Positions 12,445 to 26,400 of a stretch of 64,000 bases of DNA are shown piece by piece. The stretch is from positions 44,518,001 to 44,582,000 of the forward strand of contig CM052818.1 of assembly GCA_028534125.1 (NCBI GenBank). The letters are read 5' to 3'. This DNA comes from Lama glama. Lineage: Eukaryota. The translations under genes were made by a program, and so were the position numbers. Position 1 is the first letter of the stretch. Every line of letters begins with the position of its first letter. The notes below the pieces were generated by a model, which worked only from the letters and a program-made list of their open reading frames with translations, made no database searches and was not told the origin of the DNA.

Positions 12445-14839
12445 GGAAGTCTTTCATTGGTCTCATTTATTACAATATTTTCTAGCTTTGCATCCAGCAC
12501 AACACAAAAAGTATTACAGTGATTTTTATCATTGTACCAGCATGTACAAATACAGACCAAGTGTTGTAAATAAAATATAAAGTGGCGATCCAAACCTAAA
12601 ATTGAAAAGGGAATTCTCTTTGAAGGTGTAATCATTTTCTCCAGCCAAAAGACCAGGCATATATTTTTGATCACACGTGATGAACGTTTGATGACTTGTC
12701 ACTATGGAGTGATTCATGTCCACAGGGCAACTCTGAAATGTGTGGTCCGAACACAGCACTCTGGTGCGTGGCTGCAGGGTCACCGAGTGATGGCTGTTTG
12801 AACGAGATAAACCAATTTGCGTTTGTGCTGCCCATGAACAACTCTCATTTCCTGAAGCCACGAGGCAGGAGTGAATGTTACAGCCTCTCCAGGGGTCATA
12901 CTCTGAACCTGACACAGATCCTAGAGTGTGACTTTCTGGAAGGCATGCTCTGTTTCAGAGGGTGGTGGCGTGGAAGCCTAAGGGACATCAAAATTAGGGG
13001 TCCAAGGTTGCACTCCTTCACGAGAGAGGACTGCGCTGGTCATCCTCACGGATGGCAAACGCCATGAGGGACACGCCACCCACTCTGGCAGCCAAATTCC
13101 TCCCAGTGCAAGGGAGAAACTGCTGGCCGCTGCAGGCCTGTGAGCTCACAGCAGTGACAATTCACCCCAGGACACCCTTGTGACAGAAGGAACGAAGGTC
13201 ACTAAAGAGCAAGCGTGGAGCAGTTAAGGTGGGACTACTTTAAAGTATTTTTAATGCCTCCAAAAGGGCGTCTGCACATGCATCCTCGTGCTTCTACGCA
13301 AGTCCACGGTCAGCTACACCGGATGTCTGCGTTTCTCTGCAAGGCCACACAGACCACTTGACGAGGGCGTCCACGGCCAGCAGAGCCCACTGACCACAAA
13401 GAAAGCGACCCCTCCGGATTTTCTTTCACAGAAAGAGTAAAATTGTATTCAACTGTTCCGTTGTTTGCCTCCTATGACTCTAACCATGCGATTTAAATAG
13501 GAGAGCATTTCAGTCATTGGAGTAGAGCGCTCTTTAAAAAAATAACACTTCGAGAAGTAAAGCAAAATCTTTTACCAAAATAATTCTTCCAGTTTTCAAA
13601 TCATTCTCTCCACCAGCCAATGTAATAAACATGTAACAGAATCATCTTCTACTGGCTTAAAGCAAGTCATTTGAGTTACTACTTATCCACTTGCCCTTAA
13701 TCTGAGTGGGAAAAGCTAAGTAATGCATTACTCATAAATTCCCAAAGAAAGTCAGTGTTGTAAGAATTACAGAATAAGGCTCTTTGGATGGTCTAACAGG
13801 TAGATCTTTTTAATGTATTAATGGCAGTTGTAATAGAAAGAATATAGCTAAAAGGCTTATAACAGTAACTCAGTCAGAATAAAGAAATAAATAATACTAT
13901 CTACAGAGAATATAATTTAACTTCTTCAAACTACTTTCTTAAAACCAACCAGTTTCAGTTGAGAGCTCCCAACAGAAACTGACATCATCACCATTTGGCA
14001 CAAGCTCTGTTCACGTCCACAGTTTCAGCACCACCTTGCGGGACAGGCTGCTGGCCGAGTGTTGGACTGACTTGAGATACTGCCTTAGTAATATTTCCTA
14101 TAATCTGAACTTAAGGCATCACAAAGTTACGAGGGGGTTGGACAAAGCACAGTCTAAATAAAACGTCTGCCACAGATGCATTAAGGCATATATATTCCAG
14201 CTTTCAGCCACAAAAAAATGAGGGAAAATATGCCGGTTACATAGGTTATCTTTAACCAAAGGAAATTAAGGAACTTACCACCTAAACATTAGACTGGTCA
14301 GCAAACACTGCATGGGAACGTCCACGAGGTCAAGGCCCAGAGCGGTGAGGTCTGGAGTCCCTCCTGACATGTCGGATTCAGGTCACGGGACCCTGCCCAG
14401 CCAGCCCTCCTGTCATGCATGGCGAGGTGGCACAGGCTGCCATGTGCATTTGTGCCCCGACTCCACTGAAAGTCGTGCACATCTGGCACCCCTGAGCGGA
14501 TCCCATCATCTGGGGGACCCCGGCAGCCAGCTCTGCTTAGTGTCACAGCTCACAGTGCACACCAGCCACTACCGGACTGGAGCGGGCTGGGGAGGGCGGT
14601 GCTGCAGTGGGCTTGAAGCCACCACGAGGTGTGGCTTCCACACCAGGAATGCACCTGGCCCCTCGCCTATGAAGGCCCCCTCTTTGTGTCACTTAGAAAT
14701 GCCCACCCCGGCGAGGGGGATGGGGGAGAAGGGCTCCCCATTCTTTCTGCTTTTAAGCAAATGACTGCACGTCCCAAAACCTATCCTTTAATGTGGGCAC
14801 CTGGTCCTCGCAGGGCTTCAAGAGATTGCTTGGAACACT
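12445..14839 (-). other. LPIN1: LPIN1 3'UTR (approximate end)
   Basis: Sequence without obvious repeats running from the stop codon to an AATAAA in an AU-rich context; 3' end inferred ~20 nt past the hexamer. Confidence 0.7.
12466..12471 (-). terminator. Polyadenylation signal AATAAA of LPIN1
   Basis: Plus-strand TTTATT; upstream UGUA motifs on the minus strand (~12505-12555). Confidence 0.7.
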
Positions 14840-14999
14840 TTATGCTGAGGCCGAATGAACGTCCTGGTTTTCAAAAGGTGGTGGTGGCTCTCTCCAAAAG
14901 GTGAAATTACTGAAAGTGTCTGAGCAGGGGAAGTCGGACGAATGGCTTCTTTTCAATAACGGGAAAACGTGGTCGACCACTTCGCACAGTCTCACGTAC
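14840..14999 (-). CDS. LPIN1: LPIN1 last coding exon (160 coding nt, [15 protein letters not shown]...NQDVHSASA*)
   Basis: ccttacag acceptor, TAA stop at 14840-14842. Confidence 0.97.
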
Positions 15000-17900
15000 C
15001 TGTAAGGAAAACGGACGACATCACTGCCGGTGAGGGCCCCCCGGCCACGTGGGTGGGACACCTGCATGAACCCCGAGGGGGCCTGGAAGTCACAGCTCCT
15101 CCCACCTCGGGCATTGGGAAAGATCACAGAGAAAGCACATCTTGGGAGCATCACACAGAGGCTGCTTCACTGTGCAATGAAAGGACGCTGGGCCCTGGGG
15201 TTACGGAGCCTTGGACTTGACCGTCACTCTGCCATTTACAAGCTGTGTGATCTTAGGCAAGTGGCTTCATCTCCCTAAGCTACACTCTCTCCAACTGAAA
15301 GGGAGAAATGAAAACTGGGCCCCAGTGCTCATGTGAGAGTTAAATTACATAATACATGCACAGCAAAATAATGCGAGGTACATACGCCATAAATTTATTC
15401 AACAATAAGTCATTAACATCACAAAGTAACTAGCCCTGGCCTTAGGACAAAAAAGCCCTAGTTGGCATGAGGGTCAAGAGATCTGAGATCTACTCCTACC
15501 TTTCTGCTGTGGGGCCTTGGGCAGGTGTCTTGCCCTCTCTGGGCCACAGGTCCTTGTAGATTATGGAGCTGGACCTGATCAGTGTTTCTCAAATGCTCCC
15601 TGCCATAATCTCTCACTCTATTTTCTGTGTATTCCCAAGAGGATGTTGCGTATTTGTTTCTGTGGCCTCTAACTACAAAAACAAATATACTGTATTGAAT
15701 ATGTATTTTCAGACTTCTGGGCGCCTCCAACCAGAAATTCTGACAAGTCCAGGCCTCTCTGCACATCCCCAGAGTCCTCTCTGACAGTCACTGGGTCCCT
15801 CTCCGGTTCCAATTTGCTAAGAACCAAAAAGGGCGTTCTTTCGAAATCCAAACTCCAGGAATTAGCATGTTCTGAGGCATAAAATAACTTTTAAATAAGG
15901 GTGTGTGTATTTAATAAAGGACCACCAAAGAACTTATGAGAAACATCGTGCTTACACAAAACTGGAAAGAAAAATCTCTCTTAATAAGCAAGATTTGTGT
16001 CTTTCCTGGGGACTAAAACACAATTTTAAAATACCCCTCGGCCTGAAGACCTGTTTGTTTGAGTTCTGTGGCTACGGGAGGCGGCCCCACCCTGCAGGGG
16101 GCAGTTCCCTGCTCATTGATGGCGCTGGGCAGCACTGGATCCAAACTCGCTCCATCCGTGCCTCTCTCGGACCGACCCTCCATGCACCCAGCTCCTTCAA
16201 AACCAGCAGAGCTCACACGCTGACACAAATGCCAAGCAAGCAAGCACTGACGCCCCCCCCCAGCCGGCGTGGGCCCTGACTTCTCAGACACAGTGTCCCA
16301 GGTTCCCAAGCGCCTCCTTGGCCTGGAAAGGGCTATACCCAGTTTAATGTGTTTTCTTGCAGAAGGAGAGTCTTTCTTCCACAGGAACAACCACACCTCC
16401 CAGCCTGGGTGAAGACGACACTATTCTTCCACAATACAAAAAGTTTTCTCCCATAAGACGTGGGCAAAGCACGCATTTTCACCCGAGAGTCTCAGTGAAC
16501 GGGATCACCTCAGAAGCCTCCTGGGGAAACCTTCTTAGATGCTGGAATCCCCTTTCCACGCCCCTGAGGACAAGACTTGCCATGTGGTTGCTGCCTGGGC
16601 AAGCAGTGTTTCCGGGCAGTGTCCCATTGGCAGTGTCTTTTAAATGGAAATCCTATCTCCCCAGGACTGAGGGAACATGACTCGCTGGGGACTGAGGGGG
16701 AATAGGGAACTGTGATGTCAGGGTGGCTGCTTAGCACTGGGGAGGGAGAAACGGCCGGGAAAGGGGAAAGGAAGGAATCCTGTCCCTGCTGTCACTCTGC
16801 CCACCAGGCGGCACCGGGATGGAGGGGGTCCTGGCTCCCTCCTCCCCTCCGCGCCCCACATATCTGAGAACTGCTTGGGTCCTGGCATGACTATGGGGGA
16901 GGGGGGCTTGTTGGGCAGGCCCCAGGGTTCCCTCCAGCCTGGAACAGTCCTATTTAGGTTGGGTTCGACTCCAACGGGTATAAGGACCATCTTGAAAGTG
17001 AAAATCTGCTCTAGGGGGACCCAGATCTCTCATCTACCAGAAAGACCGATCCCTGGGAAGGCCCTTGACCCGAACTCCCTCGGTCCAAGTCCTCCGCGTG
17101 AAGAGGGCTGCAGCGGCCCCCAGGGGTCTCTCAGGCCAGGGGCTATTTTCCAGGTCTGCAGGGACCAGGCCAGCAGAGCTGTGGCCTCTGAAACAGACAA
17201 GGCGGGATGACACCAATCTGCCTGACGTCCCAGCGGACGAAGCTCCCCAACACGTGGGCTGAAGAAACAGTCTCCTCTCTAAGAAGTTAGGAGCCCAAAG
17301 TGAGACACAGCCAAGTCAAGGGACATCGCCCACCAGCCAGGAGGCCTCACTGCACACGGTCACCCAGTTCAGCCGACGGCCCCCGCGAGAATGGGCTTTG
17401 ACCAAAACTACGGGAGGAATTCCTAGGGTTACACAGCGATGCTTCTGGTGAGACTGTTATTACAGGTCAGCGTGTGAAGGGATATAGAGTTTCTCATCTT
17501 TAAATATAGCTTCACATGACATTTTAATTTGGTTACATTTCTAATTCGTACTCTAGGCTTTCAAACCTAATTTGGAAAATCTAAACCAGTAGTTTTCAGA
17601 TTCATTCCATTCCACTCTGCAGCAGAAGCTAACCACTGGTTTAAATTTTAAACCCAGAGGGGAACGGATTTAAACCTAATTTTTGTACAACTTAATTCCA
17701 GGGCATAAAAAATTAGGATGAGTTAAAAGGTTTTCCTTTTAGGAATTAAAGATTAAACAATAGGCAACAAAGGCTTAAAAAAAGGTACCAAGTTAACTGT
17801 AAATCACTCCCAGGCGAAGGTAATGACGGGGTAATGACACTGTGCTCACACGGAAGGGGCACCATACTCACGAGGAGATGTTGGTCTTCGCGTGTTCTTG

Positions 17901-20447
17901 TACGAGTTCTCCTTTGGGATTGACGGTAAATATTCTGTTCAAAGACACTCCTACTTGCTTGTACGAATACACATCCTATATTTGGTAAAGTATCAATTAG
18001 AAAATAAAAGTGTTCATTGTAGATACAAATACATGACATCTCGAATTTGATACAAATACAGGCAGACCTCAGAAACACTGGGGGTTCGGTTCCAGGCCAC
18101 CACAGCACAGCAAATAAAGCAGTCACGTGAATGTTTTGGTTTCTTTCCCAGTGCATATAAAAGTTATATTTACCCCATACCACAGTTTATTAAGGGTGCA
18201 AAAGCATCATGTCTAAAAAACAATGTGTGTACCTTAATTAAAAAAGGCTTTCTTGCTGAAAAATGCTAACCATCATCTAAACCTTCAGCGGAGTCGTAGT
18301 AACATCAATGAGCAAAGATCCCAGATAACATAAAAAATAACGAAGAAGTCTGAAATACTGTGAGAATTACCAAAATGTGACACAGAGACAGGACAGGAGC
18401 AAATGCTGTGGAAAAATGGTGCCAACAGACTTGCCTGGTGCAGGGTTGCCACAAACCTTCACTTTGTAGAATAATGCAGGATCTGCGAGTGTAATACAGT
18501 GAGGTCTGCGTGTGTTACACAGTTTTCATTCAACCAGAACAATACTTCCAAGCAGTGCAGAGAAAGGACTCTTCTCTAGATGCGAAACTAAGTCAGTTGT
18601 CCTCTCTGGGCCTCGGTTCACTCATTTCGCCAAGAACTGAGTTAAAAGAATCAACACGCCACCACATCCCCTGCAATTCTAACAGTCCTAGAGGTCACTC
18701 TCTGACCTATTTTCTTAGGCGTGAGTTTCAAAAGCAGGAGGATTTTCTTACTGGGAAGTCAGCACCCGACTGTATTCTCCAGAAGGCTGAACTTCCCAGC
18801 AAATTTGGGTGGTATGCCCCAAATCTCAAAGCATTACTCTTACCATCCAAAACAATACTCTTAAACCTTGAGACACTGAATTCACCTTTGTGCTGAGGCT
18901 TGGCTCTGTGGTTCCCTTCTGGTACAAAGAGTCTAATCCTATTCAGTGTTCTTGTACTAATTTAGCGAGCGATTAGGAATTTAAAGTTTCTAGCCCCACA
19001 TTTCAAGCTTCTAACTGAAACCTACAAGCCCACCTTCAAAGCAAACCAGAGACCATGAAATAATGACCATCCCCCGGGCTGCAGAGGCAGCGAGCGGCTG
19101 GTCCCCAGCTCCTCCTGGCAGGAGGAGAATCTGGCTCCACACGGAGTCCAGGCCAGCCTCTCGGATGACTTGTCAGAACACACAGCAACTTCAAGAGCTC
19201 GCGAAAACCCGACTACTACTTACAGCCGGTCGGTTTCCAAACGCGGCGTAGAAGGGTTCTGTGTTTGGGAAAAACAGGTTTTTGATGTCGGTCAAACACT
19301 GGACTTTGAACTTTTCTGGCTTCTTTTCAATCACTTCTCTGTTAAAACAAACAAATACATAAGCAATGGATCAGCACGAGAGCATACGCCTCATTAGCAT
19401 CAAGCTATTTTTAACTGTCAGAGATGCAGGGAGGCGAAGGGCGCTGTCATAGCTTCAGAAGTGAAACACGGGAAAGTCGTTCAGCTGTCCCAGAAAAGCC
19501 CTCGACGGACAGTGAAGCCGAACTTCCGAGTCTCCCCTCAAGGAAACTGTGATTTCTCCAAAGACCTCCAAGGGACAAAGAATTCCAGGGCATAAAAAAA
19601 AAAGAGGGAACCTCTTCAAACTCATTTCATGAAGCGAGCATAACCTCAAAATCTAAACCGAGGGAAAGGATGAGGAAAGTGTGGGCCAAACTCATTCACG
19701 AATGTTGGTGCCAAAGTTCTAAGCTAGAGACTTTACTGCCACCAAGAAATTAGCACAACATTGTAAACTAACTATACTTCAACTTCAGAAAAAGAAAAAC
19801 CTTTACTGCAGTATGTTAGGGAAGACCTAAATAAATGAAGAAATATACCATATAATTGAATTGGAAGATTCAATATTACCATGAGCTCTTAATTCTCTCT
19901 AGATTGAGCAATAGATTCGCTGTCATTTCCATCAAATTCCCACCAGGTTTTCGGCTGTATGTTTTCCTGGAGCATGATTCTAACAGCTGCACAGAAGAGC
20001 AAAGGCCAGAAACAGAGGCGCACACTTACGGGCCCCTGATTCATGACCATGATGACAAGTCAAAGCAGAGGGAAAGGGAACTATTTTCAGCAAATGGTGC
20101 TGGGACAACTAAATCTCCATGTAAGGACAAAAAAAAAGAAAATGGACCGACCCCTACCACACTCTCCATACAAAAATCAATTCCTGGTGGATTACAGACC
20201 TAAATGTGAACAGCAACACCTTTAGATAAAACACAAGAGACTTTCCTCATGCCCACAGTAGGGAAGGCTTTGTCAATACACAAAAAGTACAAACTGCAGA
20301 GGGGGATGGACGAGAGCAAGCAGGACTTCAGATGCAGGGGTGTACACCCTTCTGCTTTCCCTGGGCCGTGGGCACGCTGCGTTCACTGTCTGATTACCAG
20401 ATGGTCTCAAGGGTCCCTTTCAACTTGCGTATATTTTAGAAATATGG

Positions 20448-20484
<37 letters not shown>

Positions 20485-23400
20485 GTATATATACGTATGT
20501 ATACAACCTGCATATATTTTAGAAATATTCTTCTGTACCTACCCAAAATGTAATTAGATGATGATGGTGGTGATAATGGAGAACCAAACTGAGTGTCAGT
20601 TTGGCTGGTCCTGGCTCTGCATGGACTTCCGTGGACTCCAGAACCAGCCTTAGCACTAAAAGGGACTCTCAGTCTATACACAGACACATGAGTGACGGTG
20701 TGACTAAAAGTCTCAAACCTTCAATCTACTTGAGGGAAATCAACCCAATTCAACTTCCTGTTTCAATCTCTCTCCCTCACACACACTCTCACACACATAC
20801 GCACACATATATGGGAGGAGGACGTGGCACGCATACACAGGGGGTAAGTATGGCACAGCAAGAAAGCCCCTCCCTGGCCCCCTCCACAGTGCTTTGAAGG
20901 TGCCAAGGGTCCTTGTTTGGCCATAAGGCCGCCCAAGGAGCGAGTCATGGGGCTGCTGAGAACACAGTGTGGTGCAGATTGCTCCTTGGCGATCTGGCAG
21001 AGAGAGCCTAGCATTATGGGATCTGAATTTGCAAACAGTCACTGGTCACTCAACTCGGCCTGGAGGTAATTTTACTCCAGCAAATGACTGTCATTTATCC
21101 AAGTCTCACTAGCTCAGAAAACCCCAAGGGGAAATGCAGTTACTTGCAGAAGAATTTCTTCTTTCCTGGGGACAGAGGGCAGCCTCGGCTATTGCCTAGC
21201 TCCAGAATTTCAGAACTGCCCAGTGACCCAGAGTCACGGGAATTAGCAAAGGCGAATTCACCCATGCATCAGTGGGACACCCCCCGCATGAGCCTGGGCC
21301 ACACTTGGTAGGAATGTCCACTGTACCGACAGATGGCTTATGAAAGTGACCTGAGTCACTGTGTCACCACAATAAGGCAGCAGGTAACTAAAAAGAATCC
21401 CATGGCTCCAAGCCAATTTCTACTTTAACAGGAGAAGCTCCTGAACAAAGTGATGAGGTGTGTCAAGCAGATTCTCTCAACTTCTTTCAGACAGATTTCC
21501 TAGAGCCCCAGCATTTCAGAGCTGAAGAGACCCTTGGGATCATCTGATCCCACCCTCTCATCTGGCATTTGAGGTAACAGACCCAGGACGGGCAACACCC
21601 ACTCGTCACGCCATCAGTTAGTTGCCAAAGGGCATCAGAGCCCGGGGCTCCCGGTCCCTCTTCAGAACCCTCTGCCATCCTGTGCAGAGAGCTTGTCCTG
21701 GCCGACTGTGCCTACCTCTTCCCCAGTCACTTTCCTTCCCATTTAAACCCAGGCAGTACAATCAGAACTGGGCCCGGTTTAAGTGTCTTGCTAGGGAAGG
21801 ACATTCGTGCTCACGGCAGACTCACCCATAGGTTCTAGAAAAGCTGCAGGACAGCTGACACAGAGGATGCCTCTGGCGAGAACGCCGGGCTACAAGGGCC
21901 AGGCTGCTGGCCGTGGCCATCAGGAGGACCTCTGTGTCCCCAGAGGGAATACAAGTCGTAGGGGTTAGTTATTTGGATTTTTTAAAATAGTTTTAAATAT
22001 TTAAATAATATTTAAATAAAGAAAAAATGAAAAGGATCACCTTAAATGTATTTTCAGTGGGAGGACGTCAGAGAAACAACGTCAACTTTTTCCTCTCCCT
22101 GGCAAAGCCTCAGTACTTAACACATGCTAATGAGTAGCTTGTCACAAAGTGTCAACACGATGCAGTGACACCATTTCATTAAAATATCTGGACTTCTATT
22201 GAGATTGGCATCACTGTGATACACTGTGGCTTCCACAGGTGTGGCCCCAGTTTCCTCCCTGGAATATGCAAGTTTCAAAGTAAGATCTCCTACTATGGGA
22301 AAAAAATTTACTACTCACACAAAACAAAGTTGTGATGGAAAAGGTATCTGTAGACCTCAAGAAAAATACTCAAGAGCAATCAGCTTGGCGCTTTGGGCCC
22401 ATCTGGATTCTTCCCTTGTTTGCACGGTTAGCAGCAGTAAACAGCTAATCTTGTCCTCAAACTGAGACAGAATCATGCTAAAGCCTCTCACTGGCTCTTG
22501 AAGACACAACTGTAGGATACTTACAACCAGCCTCTGGCAGGACTGATGGCCTGTTACCACCACAACAGATTCTGTATCGGGAGCAGCAGCGGGACACTGC
22601 CCCAGGCCTCGAGCCCCAGGGAGGCCGCTGCTCTCCTGCCCCACCCAGGAGACCAGACGCAGTGTGGCTTGGCTGCCCTGAAGGCAAGCATGACAGGGAA
22701 GGGAGGAGGGTCACCAGGAATGGGCTGGTGGTCCATTAAAATCGCCGGCGTGAGCAGCCCTTGCAGAGAGGATGTGTTCGTTATAGGAGTCCTGGGCCAG
22801 GGGGAGGAGGGGTGGCGGGCAGAGTGGCCGCTCAGCCCAGCCTAGGTCCAATCAGACGGGAGGCACGCTGATGCTCAGAGTTGTGAAGACCCAGGCTAGC
22901 GATGCAGTGAGAGGGGCAGCTCCCCTGAAAAGGAGGGCAGCGTGTGCAAAGGCCCAGAGGAGAGACCATGTCTCTGGACAAGAGACAGCTCAGCACGACT
23001 GAGTCCTAGAAACTGGAGACAGTGAGACTGGAGAGGGGGACGAGGCAGGTGGTGAAGAGCCCGAGACACTGAGCTCACAGGTGTGGACTATCCCGAGAGC
23101 CAGGACCAGCCAGCGGAGGGTGCTGACGGGTGTCAAGGCCAGACCGGCACCCCAGGAGGGGTTTTCTGGTGCCCACCGTGGAGCGGGGGTGTTGGCTGGG
23201 AAGATGGGCACAGGGGCTAGTCCCGCCACAGTTCTGGGGAGGAGGAGGGAGGGCCTGAGCCAGCCCTGGACCGGGCCGGGGAGCGCGCGCCCACCTGTGC
23301 AGGGCGGAGAAGAGGCTGCTGGGGCTCAGGAGCAGCGGTCCCTGCGGCAGCACCGTGCCCCGCTCGTTGACCCAGTGCAGGTAGCCCCTCGTCATGTCCG

Positions 23401-26400
23401 CCATCCCAATGGCCCGTGCAGAGCAGTAGAGAAACTTATACCCGTTTCTGAAAAAGAGACAAAACACTCACGGTTACAGGCATCACGCCAGGGAACCGTT
23501 CTGCACGCCGGACTCCGATCGGCTTCACGAAGGAAGGCGTCACTGCGCATTCCCTCCCCGGCCAAAGCCACGTTCTATCAAGTCTCATTTTCAATTGAGA
23601 AGGAAGCCTGCAAGCATCTCTCAGTCGTCTACTAAGCACCTTCACGGCCCTCACCTTGCTTAATCCTCGCGGGAACCCTGTTCACAGTAGGCATTCTCCT
23701 CCTGCTTTACTGATAGGGAACCTGAGGCTGGAGGCATCAAACTGGCCAACCTACTTGCACCCGTCCTGTTCGTGCTCCTGGTCCCTACCCCTGGCCATGG
23801 GCCACCCAGCCACCGGTGCACAGGGCACCCCCGCCACCTGCCGATGCATAGACCTGGTGCCAGCACTGAGCCCAGCACCACCCCGCAAACAACACATGTG
23901 CCAGCAACTGGGCGCCTCCTGTCGGCACATAAATATGCCCCAACTCCTCTCCCCGCATCCTAAAAACAAGTGAAGCCAAGCCAACAACAACCACAAAATA
24001 AAAACGAAAGAACTAAACCTGCTTAGGTTTTACTTCCCCAGGTCAAACCCCACGTCTCTGTTCCCTTTGCAGCAAAATTCTTTCCGAGAGCCGTGTACCT
24101 GCGTGGACTCCACTGCTACCCCACTTCCTCCCGTCAACCCGCTCCATGCAGACTCCCGGTCCCCACCTCACTGCCCTTGTCCCCAGTGATGCCACCAGAT
24201 TCAGGCATCACTTCTCACTCCTTCCTGGTAGCATCCAACACAGGTGACCACACCTTCTTCTAGAATGCCTTCTTCTCCCTGCTTCCAGGACCACACAGTC
24301 TCTGGGTTTGCTCCTCCTCACTACCATTTCTTCCCAGACAAGTCTCCTCAGCTCCGTCTCCATCCAGCCTCTAAATGGACCTCACTTCTATCACTAATCT
24401 TCCATGCCAGCCCCTTGTTTGACTGTGTGTCATTAATCCATAAGCCCCTGAGGGCGAGAACTCTGTGTCATTCCCTGCTGTAACCCCAGAGCCAGAAACC
24501 ATGCTTGGCAAGTAGGAGACACTTAATAAACCTTTGCTGAAGGAGTAAATGCAAACGGCCCACCTCCTGCCCGACCTACTGCTCCACCGTGAATATGTTG
24601 TGCGGCCAAAGGGCTTGTCTTGAGACTTGCCTGATATGTTCTTTAAAACCAAGAAGTAGGAAAGCGTTAAGATGAAGAGATTCTAGAAATATCAGCTTGC
24701 TTGGAATACAGGGATGCATCTGAAAATCAAGTCACTTTTTAAATGAAACATCTTTGTATTTGAGTTGTCTAATCAATGCAATCTTTTTTTTAAAATCACT
24801 ATTTCTGTATATTGCTCTTCACATCAAAGTCCTAAAAGCTGCTGCCTGCAGGGGTCTGAGATGCTAATTTTATTTCAGGTTTGATTTGCAAATACATTTA
24901 ACGGCTCGATCATGTCCCCAGTTGTTCTCACTACCCAAGTGTTCTGCTTCAAAGGCTGTGACTTAACTTAGCTGGAAAACCAGCTCGAGGAACGCTGCTT
25001 GGCGGCAGCAGGGGTCACCTTTCCAGAGCCTCCGCCCTGGGAAAGCTGTGTGAAACACCAGTGCTCCTGCCAACCGCCCAGGTGGCAGTGTGTCGCCAAA
25101 AGCTTACCCTTGGCAGTGCCCCTCGTTGGGGCGGCCCTGGCTCAGAAGGGCGGCCAGCAGCAGGACACACGGGGCACTGCCACCGGCTGCTCTGGGCCGG
25201 GCTGGGGGGCTGGGGGGGCGCGGGGCCCAGCACAGCCCCACCCTGAGGGAGCAGCGAGTGCTGTGGGGACCCAACAACGACAGGAACAGGACCCCAGACA
25301 GAGCAAGGTGGCCACGAGGGATCCCGGGGGAGGAAGGACAGCCCTGCCTGAGCAGGTGCCAGTGAACAGAGTGCAACACACATCGGGCCACACTCCAGAA
25401 TCTCGGCAATGGGAACGGGGCTCTGGACAACAATGAGCCAAAAAGAAAGAGCATTCCAGGTCCAGGCTTGGTACAAACAATCTCCCCCTTTCGTCCCAAT
25501 CTCTACATCCTTCTTAAAACACTCTGCCCGGAGAGACACTGAAATAGATTGGAAAGATTACCTCTGGGTAATTTGTTCCCTCTTTTACTTAATTTTCGCA
25601 GATAAGCTTCTTACTGGAGTTTCTCAATTACTGACATTTTGGACGACCAGATAAATAACTGCTGGTTGTTGGGGGTGAGGGGGTCCCTATGAGGCTGCCT
25701 CGTAGGATACTCAGCATCTCTGGCCTCCCCCTACTAGGTGCCAGGGCACGCCCCAGTCAGGACAATCAAAGATGTCCCCATACATAGCTATGTGTCCCAT
25801 GGGAGCAAAATCACCATTGAAAGCCACTGACATGGGGGAAGGGGCCTCTGTAGCCCTGTTTGCAGTCCTGCAGGATGGACACTTGCCTGCTTCTTTAAGA
25901 ATGGAAAACTCAGTGCCAAACCCAAACTCAGGCTTGCTCTCAGCCCGGCTTCAATGGCGCCCTGCCATCTGGTGCCAGCACACCCTCTGCACCGGGGCCT
26001 CCCTTTCTGGGAGCCCCACACACACCTAGCCATCTCTCAGCCCTCCTCCCACTCCTGTTTCCACCTGTGATGAGCTTACCTCTCTTAAAACTCTGCTCAT
26101 TGGATAAGGCTCAGCCCAAGTGCCACCTTCTTCAATTCCTCGTCCCTCCAATCAGAATTCATTCCTCCTTCACCTGTGTCTATAAAACATGCATCTCTCT
26201 TCACACCTCCCCCAGAACCTCATCCCAGGGAGTGCTGTACGCCTCCTTCTGCATGATCACAAGATCCCTGAAGGGAGGGGCTGTCAGCACCCCATCTAGC
26301 ACCCAGAGCAGCCCCATCGCCCAGAGGGGCTGCAATCGGAGTCAGCTAAATCTTCGGGGTTCTCACGGAAGCCTGGCCTGGAACAGCGTGCTCGGCTGGA

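Noticed and set aside
23081..23635. 184-aa plus-strand ORF antisense to exon 16
   Set aside because: GC-rich, stop-poor sequence; non-ATG start; no recognisable domain; shadow of the LPIN1 exon
24999..25539. Several overlapping ORFs on both strands in a GC-rich patch
   Set aside because: Expected from high GC and few stop codons; none resembles a known protein
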